Shown: one piece after another, positions 1 through 7,383 of the stretch
Numbering within the stretch: the first letter of the stretch is position 1
Layout: each line of letters begins with the position of its first letter
Virus record (IMG/VR): IMGVR_UViG_3300044723_004131
Location: 1-27,684 of that record
DNA length: 27,684 nucleotides
Direction: 5' to 3' (one strand)
Source: a virus
Lineage: Duplodnaviria; Caudoviricetes
Notes under the pieces: model-generated
What the model saw: the letters and a program-made list of their open reading frames with translations, nothing else
Told to the model about the DNA's origin: nothing
Database searches by the model: none
Program-made: the position numbers and the translations under genes

Positions 1-1
1 G

Positions 2-511
2 TCTAATATAACAGTCAGGTTTAAGGTGGCAGAAGTACTACGACTCAAATCAGCTGTGATCTACAACTATACTATCAAAGATGGTGATCTACCTAGCTTA
101 ATCGCATATAAGTACTATGGAGACGTTACTCTCGATTGGATTCTGTTCTTACAAAACAACATCATTGATCCGCTTTGGGATTGGCCTCTCGACAGTGCAT
201 CGTTTGATCGGTACATTAGAAAAAAATATGGCAGCCCTGAATCAGCACTTAAGCAGAATCATTCGTACGAAAAAATTCTAAGGCATCATAAAATTTTATT
301 TGACGGCACTATCATTCACGAGAAGAGAGTCGTTGTCGATAAGGACACGTATGATGCTACCCCTGTCAATGATCGCAGAGCCGTAGACAAATACACTTAT
401 GAACTCGAATTGAATGACAGTAAGAGAGAGATCAAGATATTGGATAAGAGATATCTGAACCCAGTACTGACAGGTCTCGATGCTGCTGTTAGGTTAGCTA
501 AAGATGTCTAA
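2..511 (+). CDS. gp53: Baseplate wedge subunit gp53-like (5' end lies outside the window)
   Basis: LysM-like 'YTIKDGDLPSLIAYKYYGD...WILFLQNNIIDPLWDWPL' and C-terminal 'YELELNDSKREIKIL' are typical of T4-like gp53. The frame is open back to base 2 (SNITVRFKV...), so the GTG at 26 is probably not the true start. Confidence 0.88.
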   Translation, partial: SNITVRFKVAEVLRLKSAVIYNYTIKDGDLPSLIAYKYYGDVTLDWILFLQNNIIDPLWDWPLDSASFDRYIRKKYGSPESALKQNHSYEKILRHHKILFDGTIIHEKRVVVDKDTYDATPVNDRRAVDKYTYELELNDSKREIKILDKRYLNPVLTGLDAAVRLAKDV

Positions 512-1907
512 AACATTTTATGAACCGCATGGTCTAGACTTTGAGATGTATCTGATCTCTCCAGCTGGAGGGTCAGAGATGATTAATGAGATGGTCAGTG
601 AGATCAGTTGGTTCGAAGATGTGTACAGCCCTTTCATGAAGATAGAGGTTGTGATCGTTGATGCGCTAGGTCTATATGACAAGCTGCCTATCACAGGAGA
701 CGAGACACTAGTCTTTAAGTACAGGAACCCTAATGAGACATGGTACACTCAGTACTTCCACATCTATAAAGCAGACAAGAGAGTGACGCTTAAGGAGAGG
801 ACTCATGCATATGTGTTACACGGCACATCGTATGAAGGGATGAACAATAGTCTGCAGCAGGTCTATGATCCATACACCAAGCAGAACCCTGTCGCCGTCA
901 TCCAGAACGTCTTCACTAAGTACCTACAAGCAAACAAGCAGCTAGCTGTCGATGGGGGCAGTAACAGCTCGATGATCTATTCTAAGATAGGTTCAGGGCA
1001 GCAGCCAGTTAGGTTCATCAGTGAGCTGTGCAGTGAGATACAGTCATCGTCTCACCCTCAGTGCAGCACATACCTCTTCTGGGAGAACAGAGACCAGTTC
1101 AACCTAAGGACGATCAGCAGCCTAATCAAACAAGGATCGAAGTACAGATACTACTTGGGCGAGCCTGCTGACCGAGACTTGTTCGAACAAAGGCAGGGGG
1201 GCACTCCTGAGGCACCGGCTCGTATTATCACGCAGTTTAACTTCCGGTCCAATGTCGACCAGTTAGAGGAAATGCTAGATGGCGCTATAAAGAACGAAGT
1301 GAACCTGATCGACCCCATACTAAAACGATTCAAAGTCGAGCCTATACAAGATAAGGATAAGTACCAGTTCGACTACAAGAAAGACTTCGACTCGTTAGAG
1401 CATATGGCAGCTGGTGGCAGCAAATGGTATTTGGATGAAGGCAGAGTTGCAAAGGGAGAACGCCCGGGGGCGGCTCATAGGCGGCTTTTATATACGCAGC
1501 TTGAGGAAGATGGGGAGACGTATCCAAACATCTCATACTTGGCTGGAAGGGCGGGGGGCGATGTTGTACTAAGCGCACCTAGAAAGCGCCAGAAATATAT
1601 CACGCGTCATTTGCATGAGAGACGTAATCTGATTTCTCATACTATTGACATTACTGTACCTGGCACTACCGATCTGATCGCGGGGGACCATTTACAGGTA
1701 TTCATATCACAGCCTACGCAGAAGAAGAGTGAAGCAGCTAAATATTTGTTACAGTGGGATCCAGATCCTAATTTTATTGTCTCTGCTATCAGGCACGTAT
1801 ATAGAATAGGGGAAGAGAACTACTTCACGGTTCTGTCTTGCAGTAAAGAAAGTCTGCCAAAGGTCCCATCATTCCTTGGTCCGTTCGAAAACACTCCTTA
1901 CGATTAA
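504..1907 (+). CDS. Baseplate hub protein (gp27/VgrG-hub-like)
   Basis: 467 aa between gp53 and gp5. Hub-like motifs: 'EISWFEDVYSPFMKIEVVIVDALGLYDKLPITGDETL', 'YLFWENRDQFNLRTISSL', 'IDITVPGTTDLIAGD', 'FIVSAIRHVY'. Confidence 0.65.
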   Translation: MSKTFYEPHGLDFEMYLISPAGGSEMINEMVSEISWFEDVYSPFMKIEVVIVDALGLYDKLPITGDETLVFKYRNPNETWYTQYFHIYKADKRVTLKERTHAYVLHGTSYEGMNNSLQQVYDPYTKQNPVAVIQNVFTKYLQANKQLAVDGGSNSSMIYSKIGSGQQPVRFISELCSEIQSSSHPQCSTYLFWENRDQFNLRTISSLIKQGSKYRYYLGEPADRDLFEQRQGGTPEAPARIITQFNFRSNVDQLEEMLDGAIKNEVNLIDPILKRFKVEPIQDKDKYQFDYKKDFDSLEHMAAGGSKWYLDEGRVAKGERPGAAHRRLLYTQLEEDGETYPNISYLAGRAGGDVVLSAPRKRQKYITRHLHERRNLISHTIDITVPGTTDLIAGDHLQVFISQPTQKKSEAAKYLLQWDPDPNFIVSAIRHVYRIGEENYFTVLSCSKESLPKVPSFLGPFENTPYD

Positions 1908-1913
1908 TACCAT

Positions 1914-2945
1914 ATGAAAGTAAAGAACGAATTTTTTGGTTTCAATCCAGTTATGTGGATGGGTGTCGTAGAAGACATCGAAGATCCAGTAAAGCTCGGT
2001 CGTGTGCGTGTACGTATATTTGGGTGGCATACTCAGAATACTTCTGGCAGTGGGGATAATCCAGGAGTAGCAGTATCTGATCTGCCGTGGGCACAAGTTC
2101 TGCGTCCTGCACATCTTGCACCTAATAGTGGTGTCGGGGGGCCCGTTACAGGAATGGTACCAGGCACTTGGGTGATGGGAATGTTTTTGGATGGAGAGAT
2201 TGGCAGAGAGCCTCTGGTGATGGGGGGGCTGCCTGGAATACCTTTAGAATATAGTCAGGGGCCTGGTAAGGGGTTCTATGATCCTAGTACAATCTATCCG
2301 AGAAAGCATCCGACGGATAGCTGGGATATCAATGAACCTGATGTGAACCGGCTCGCGCGCAATGACGAAGAGTTTGAACATAAGAATATCGAAACGAAAA
2401 AGAAACAACAAGTAACTGGCGTAGGAACTGCGAGAGGGTTTGCTTGGGAAGAACCTGTCTATGATTCAAATGAGGCGAGTCCTGGGGATGGGGCTAGTAA
2501 GACTTGGTTAGATTTTAAAGTGCGGTATCCTTACAATCATGTGTATGAGAGTGAGAGTGGCCACATTATAGAAGTCGATGATACCCCGGGGGGCGAAAGA
2601 TTACACGTTTATCATAGAACCGGGTCTTATATTGACTTTGATAAACAAGGACGTCTTACTACCAAGGTTGTCAAACGCAAAGTAAATGTCACTATGGATG
2701 AAGAGTTGACATATGCTGCAAAGGATTGGTCTTTAACAACTGGATTTGATATTAATATGAAATGTCGCAATATGCTACTACTCGTTGATGCATATACTCT
2801 ACGTACGGGATCTGTTGGTATTGTAGAGGGCGGATTGTTTGTTTATGGTAAGTTAGGTACTGATACTGGTGCTACTGGTACATTCACTGATCATGCTGGA
2901 CGTACTATTACTGTTGTAGATGGAATTGTGGTGAGGATTGGATAA
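1914..2945 (+). CDS. gp5: Baseplate central spike gp5-like (OB-fold plus beta-helix, no lysozyme domain)
   Basis: N-terminal OB-fold 'WMGVVEDIEDPVKLGRVRVRIFGWH...LPWAQV...GTWVMGMFLDGE' and 'YPYNHVYESESGHIIEVDDTPGGERLHVYHRTGSY'. At 343 aa there is no room for a T4-type lysozyme insert. Confidence 0.92.
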   Translation: MKVKNEFFGFNPVMWMGVVEDIEDPVKLGRVRVRIFGWHTQNTSGSGDNPGVAVSDLPWAQVLRPAHLAPNSGVGGPVTGMVPGTWVMGMFLDGEIGREPLVMGGLPGIPLEYSQGPGKGFYDPSTIYPRKHPTDSWDINEPDVNRLARNDEEFEHKNIETKKKQQVTGVGTARGFAWEEPVYDSNEASPGDGASKTWLDFKVRYPYNHVYESESGHIIEVDDTPGGERLHVYHRTGSYIDFDKQGRLTTKVVKRKVNVTMDEELTYAAKDWSLTTGFDINMKCRNMLLLVDAYTLRTGSVGIVEGGLFVYGKLGTDTGATGTFTDHAGRTITVVDGIVVRIG

Positions 2946-4252
2946 TGGTTGATACTTGTTTACCTACAGTCGTACAGTCGGTTGATAACTTACCTGCTGA
3001 TTTAAAAAATCAATTTGGCCAGCCTTTAAAGAATCTTGCGCAGACAGTTGACAACATGCTTGTCAACTTTGTTTCTATAGTACCGCCCGCTCTAATAGAC
3101 GATACTGCTTTAAATGAGATGGAACAGTGTATTAGGGATCTCGGTACGCTGACTCAACAGCTAGCAGCTAATATAGATTCTACTACGGTAAGCTCTATCT
3201 TACTTGCACTGTCTAATGAAGCTACGTGTGTAAAAGAGCAGGCTACCTTTATAGGGCCAAACACTTTATCAGGCGGTGTTGGTGATCCGATTGAGGCAAT
3301 ACAACAAATAGTAGATGGTGCGGGCAATGTAATACCATCTATCCTGCAAACTCAAATTGGAACTCCGCTTGGCATTGATCTTGATGTTGACCGTGCATTG
3401 ACTGAATTAGAGTTTAGTGAGATCAGATCAAATGTATCTGAAACTATTAGCGAAGAGATTACTCGAGATAAGAATATTATTGACAGAGCAATACAGGAGA
3501 TTGAGAATTGTACAGACTGTATTGCGCTTAATGCTATTACACAAAGTAATCTAGAAGCTCTATCAGATGTAGTAGAGGATATTACAAAGCACTGTGGTGA
3601 GCTAGCTGGCTCTGGTGCACCTGGTACCGGCGGATGTGATCCATTGCCACTTGGTCTTGTAATACCCTATGCTGGTGTAGATCCTTTACCACCAAAATGT
3701 TATTTGCTGTGTGATGGATCTAGTTATTCTACTACTGGCGAGTATGCTGACCTATTTAAAGTAATTTCATACACGTATGGTGGTAGCGGGGGCTCTTTTA
3801 AAGTGCCTGATATGAGAAGCAGGTTCCCACTAGGTGTGTCTAACAATGCAGTCAATGAAGATAGTGAGTATGTCGACACCGAAGATTTGGTCACTGATAC
3901 TGCTGCTGCTACGTTAGGTGGCAAAGGTGGTAGAGAGAAAAGAGGCATTAGTGTAGAGAAGGATTTGTTTCAGACCGAGATACTTGGTGAGTTTATAAGG
4001 GCTAACAAGGATCTTACCGGTACCGAGATCTTATTAACTGGTACCGCTCAAATGATAGCCGGCGGTGACGATGTTGCAATGAAAGGCGCCACCAGGCAGC
4101 TAGCTACTATTAAGTTTGTTAAAAGCCCAGTTGAGTGGGACGAAGGCAACGACGACACTAATGATGATAACGAATTTGTTAAAATAGCAAAAGAAATAAA
4201 AACGTTGCCACCATACTTAGCGTTAAACTATGTTATTAAGGCGAAGAAGTAA
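2945..4252 (+). CDS. Spike-associated protein with helical N-terminus and C-terminal phage tail-collar domain
   Basis: 'LPLGLVIPYAG...YLLCDGSSYS...YADLFKVISYTYGG...FKVPDMRSRFPLG' plus terminal 'LPPYLALNYVIKA' match the tail-collar pattern. TAATG overlap with gp5. Confidence 0.75.
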   Translation: MVDTCLPTVVQSVDNLPADLKNQFGQPLKNLAQTVDNMLVNFVSIVPPALIDDTALNEMEQCIRDLGTLTQQLAANIDSTTVSSILLALSNEATCVKEQATFIGPNTLSGGVGDPIEAIQQIVDGAGNVIPSILQTQIGTPLGIDLDVDRALTELEFSEIRSNVSETISEEITRDKNIIDRAIQEIENCTDCIALNAITQSNLEALSDVVEDITKHCGELAGSGAPGTGGCDPLPLGLVIPYAGVDPLPPKCYLLCDGSSYSTTGEYADLFKVISYTYGGSGGSFKVPDMRSRFPLGVSNNAVNEDSEYVDTEDLVTDTAAATLGGKGGREKRGISVEKDLFQTEILGEFIRANKDLTGTEILLTGTAQMIAGGDDVAMKGATRQLATIKFVKSPVEWDEGNDDTNDDNEFVKIAKEIKTLPPYLALNYVIKAKK

Positions 4253-4896
4253 TGTCTAATCCAGAAAGCACAGACCTAGCTACAAAGATGTTGGTTCATG
4301 GTATTGAACCTAACCTTATTTCAATGGTGGACAGTTTTGTAGAGTTGGAGTTTTATATTGAAGGGCTAAGAAGACTGCTTGCAGCCGTGACCAATGCTGC
4401 TGATAATTTAAGAATGTGCGCTGAGGGCGGGGGCGGTATATTGCTAAGGCTAAAAGAACCGCTAACTGGATCACATAGGAGTCTGCCTAATCAAGTAATT
4501 AGAGGCCAGACGTCTGGCGCCACAGGTAAGGTGCAAAGTGCTGTGCAAGATTTCTCCTTGGGCTACGAGATATGGCAGCTACGTTTATCAAGAGTAAACG
4601 GTACCTTTCAAGAAGAAGAAATAGCTTTAGCTGGTAACGGTACTAGTGGTGAAGTTGTATTTGTCCTAGACCAAACACTAGGGCGAGCTACTAGTAAAGC
4701 AAATGCAACTCTCGCGACTGCAGAGGACAAGCGACAGACCGTGCTTAGACAAATAGAGAGGTTACAAGACAAGGTAAGTACTATAATGGACGTACCTAAA
4801 CCTTTTAATACGTCTAGCCCAACAAGTTTAATAAGTGGAGCGGAGTCTGGTAAGGCAGCTCTTAAAAGTCAAGTAGCAAAATTCATGACACTATAA
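4252..4896 (+). CDS. Hypothetical baseplate-associated protein with 'GxTSGATGxV' beta-module and coiled coil
   Basis: 214-aa ORF with a TAATG overlap. 'VIRGQTSGATGKV...LRLSRVNGTFQEEE' resembles modules in gp7 and gp8 of this window. Confidence 0.7.
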   Translation: MSNPESTDLATKMLVHGIEPNLISMVDSFVELEFYIEGLRRLLAAVTNAADNLRMCAEGGGGILLRLKEPLTGSHRSLPNQVIRGQTSGATGKVQSAVQDFSLGYEIWQLRLSRVNGTFQEEEIALAGNGTSGEVVFVLDQTLGRATSKANATLATAEDKRQTVLRQIERLQDKVSTIMDVPKPFNTSSPTSLISGAESGKAALKSQVAKFMTL

Positions 4897-4906
4897 GGAA
4901 ACAATC

Positions 4907-5083
4907 ATGACTAGTAAAGAAATGTTCGACAAACACTGTGAGTCATTGCAATTAGATATGGAAAAGTTCGATGGTGGTAACAAAGCTGCCGGCACTCGAG
5001 CTCGTAAATCTCTAAGCGAAATTGCTAAACTGTGTAAAGTTTTGCGACAAGAGATCCAAGCCGCTAAGAACAGCGATAAATAG
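4907..5083 (+). CDS. Small Hc1/histone-H1-like DNA-binding protein (58 aa; not in the ORF track)
   Basis: Hand translation: MTSKEMFDKHCESLQLDMEKFDGGNKAAGTRARKSLSEIAKLCKVLRQEIQAAKNSDK*. SD AAGGA at 4895-4899. 'GNKAAGTRARK' is the signature of the bacterial 'histone H1'/Hc1 N-terminal family. The ORF fills the gap between neighbouring genes. Confidence 0.85.
   Translation: MTSKEMFDKHCESLQLDMEKFDGGNKAAGTRARKSLSEIAKLCKVLRQEIQAAKNSDK
5075..5082 (+). promoter_or_regulatory. Putative T4-type late promoter (GATAAATA)
   Basis: NATAAATA variant of the gp55-sigma consensus TATAAATA, about 25 nt upstream of the gp25 start. Confidence 0.55.
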
Positions 5084-5107
5084 AAATAAAAATAACAGTA
5101 GGGTCTC

Positions 5108-5527
5108 ATGTCAGGAAACGGAGCTACAAATCCTCTATTACGTGAGATTGTCTTTAGTGATGTTAATTATTCTTTTACGCCACACCCGGTTACGGGAAAA
5201 TTACCTGTGGTTAAGAATGAGGATGCAATTAAGAGAGCTATTCGCGCTAACATTCTAACTAACTTTGGAGAGCGACCTTATCTTCCTGACTTTGGTGGCA
5301 ACATTATTGCTATGTTGTTTGAGAATGCTAACGATCCCTTGCTGGACGAAGTGCTAGTAGCACAAATAGAAAATAGTGTTCTTAAATACGAACCTAGAGC
5401 AAAGCTGATTGAAACTAACGTATCTGTAAAACCAGATCAAAACGGCATCAATGTCACTATACGGTTCCTCCCAGTAAACTCTAGACTGCCTGTAGAACTA
5501 GATGTAGAAATCGAAAGAGTACGATAA
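5108..5527 (+). CDS. gp25: Baseplate wedge subunit gp25
   Basis: 'FSDVNYSFTPHPVTGKL...NEDAIKRAIRANILTNFGERPYLPDFGGNI...LFE...KYEPRA' is the gp25/GPW signature. Confidence 0.95.
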   Translation: MSGNGATNPLLREIVFSDVNYSFTPHPVTGKLPVVKNEDAIKRAIRANILTNFGERPYLPDFGGNIIAMLFENANDPLLDEVLVAQIENSVLKYEPRAKLIETNVSVKPDQNGINVTIRFLPVNSRLPVELDVEIERVR

Positions 5528-7383
5528 TGGCCGCTAACAACGCACTTATAGTTACAGATTTAGACTACGACAAGATTAAAAGCAATCTTACAGCTTTTTT
5601 GTCTAATCAAACTGATTTTAGAGACTATGACTTTGAGTCTAGCGGTATGCAAACTATTATCAGTCTACTTGCATACAACACATACTACAACTCCATCTAC
5701 ACTAATATGGCTTCTAATGAGACCTTTTTAGACACGGCACTTATTAGAAACAATGTAGTGAGCCGTGCTAAGGCATTGGGGTATACGCCTACATCAGCTA
5801 GAGGTGCTAGGGCCACGCTCAGAGTAACTCTAACTCCTACCGGTAACCCAGCGAGCGTAGTTGCACCTGCTAATACACAGTTCACAACCACTCTAGAAGG
5901 CATTCAGTACATTTTTAATAGCGTGGATAGTGTAACCTTTACTAGGAATGCTAACAGCGCTTATATCGCTAATATGGTTGTTAGAGAGGGTGATCCAGTA
6001 CAGGAATCATATACTGTAAATAGCTTAAGCCCAGCGAGGTATTTACTCAACAACAGTAACTGCGATACCGAATCTCTTAAAGTGTCCGTACAGCAGTCCG
6101 TGGCTAATACTTCTATTCAAGTTTTTAATCTTGCCGATAGCATAGCATCTATCAATGGTAATAGTGCTGTATACTTTTTACAGGAAGGCAACGACGGTGC
6201 TTTTGAGGTTGTATTTGGCGACAACGTTCTTGGCAAGAAGCCTATTGATGGAAACATAGTCAGGCTCAACTACAACGTGTGCAACGGACCGATTGTTAAC
6301 GGTACTAAATTGTTTACTGGTCCAGCTAGCATAGGCGGTGTATCAACATACAGCATTGCAGTTGCAAGTAAAGCATCTGGAGGATCTAACCCGCAGTCTA
6401 TTGACAGTATCAAATTTACTGCTCCCAAAACATATCAAGCTCAAAACAGAGCGGTTACCATAGACGACTACAAAGCCGTGCTGTTAAAGCAGGCACCGGA
6501 TTTGCAGGCTGTAAGTGTGTGGGGGGGCGAGAATAACTCACCACCTGTATATGGCAAGGTGTTTATTAGCGCTAAGCCAAGAGGCGACGTAACTATAACT
6601 AAGCTGCGAAAGCAAGAGTTGGTTGATTTCTTAAAAGATAAAAATCTAGTAACTATACAGCCTGAGTTTGTGGACCCCACTTATCTCTTTATTGTTCCTA
6701 AAATTGAAATACAATATGATCCATCCACAACAACTAAAAACGCTGGCACCTTATTGGCACAGGTAGAATCAACTTTAAGTAATTTTAATAACACTAAGTT
6801 AAGCATATTTAACTCAAACTACTACGAGTCGACATTAACCGACATGCTTAATGAAATAGACGATAGTGTGATGGCTGTTAGCATTGATAGTACGATGCAA
6901 AAAAGATTTATACCTGATATTACTAAGAACACAAAATATACTTTGCTTTTTAATAATGAACTGTATTATCCTCATCCTGGGCACAAGTTCGCAATAAGTT
7001 CGTCGTCGTTTACGCATCAAGGGTACACGTGCTACTTTGACGATGATGGATACGGTGTCGTACGCATTTACAGAATGGATAAACTTCAAAGAATATATGT
7101 TAATAGTAATGCCGGGACAATTGATTACGAAACTGGCCTTTTACAAATTAACGCACTGAGAATAACCTCATATGAAGGTGATGCGGTTAAGGTTATCGCA
7201 CAACCAAGACTTCACAACATTAAAGCATACAGAAATCAAATAATGCAGTTAGCTGATGCTACTATTGATATTAAGAACAGTAAAACATTGACTACGGAAG
7301 CATTATCTACATCTGTTGCTGCAACTACAATAGAGACGGCTGCAACCGAAACAGGACAAGGTAGTACCTTAGTAGCATACTAA
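5527..7383 (+). CDS. gp6: Baseplate wedge subunit gp6
   Basis: 'DLDYDKIKSNL...FRDYDFESSG...LLAYNTYYN...NETFLDTA..RNNVVSRAKALGYTP', 'QNRAVTIDDY', 'WGGENNSPPVYGKVFIS'. Confidence 0.95.
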   Translation: MAANNALIVTDLDYDKIKSNLTAFLSNQTDFRDYDFESSGMQTIISLLAYNTYYNSIYTNMASNETFLDTALIRNNVVSRAKALGYTPTSARGARATLRVTLTPTGNPASVVAPANTQFTTTLEGIQYIFNSVDSVTFTRNANSAYIANMVVREGDPVQESYTVNSLSPARYLLNNSNCDTESLKVSVQQSVANTSIQVFNLADSIASINGNSAVYFLQEGNDGAFEVVFGDNVLGKKPIDGNIVRLNYNVCNGPIVNGTKLFTGPASIGGVSTYSIAVASKASGGSNPQSIDSIKFTAPKTYQAQNRAVTIDDYKAVLLKQAPDLQAVSVWGGENNSPPVYGKVFISAKPRGDVTITKLRKQELVDFLKDKNLVTIQPEFVDPTYLFIVPKIEIQYDPSTTTKNAGTLLAQVESTLSNFNNTKLSIFNSNYYESTLTDMLNEIDDSVMAVSIDSTMQKRFIPDITKNTKYTLLFNNELYYPHPGHKFAISSSSFTHQGYTCYFDDDGYGVVRIYRMDKLQRIYVNSNAGTIDYETGLLQINALRITSYEGDAVKVIAQPRLHNIKAYRNQIMQLADATIDIKNSKTLTTEALSTSVAATTIETAATETGQGSTLVAY

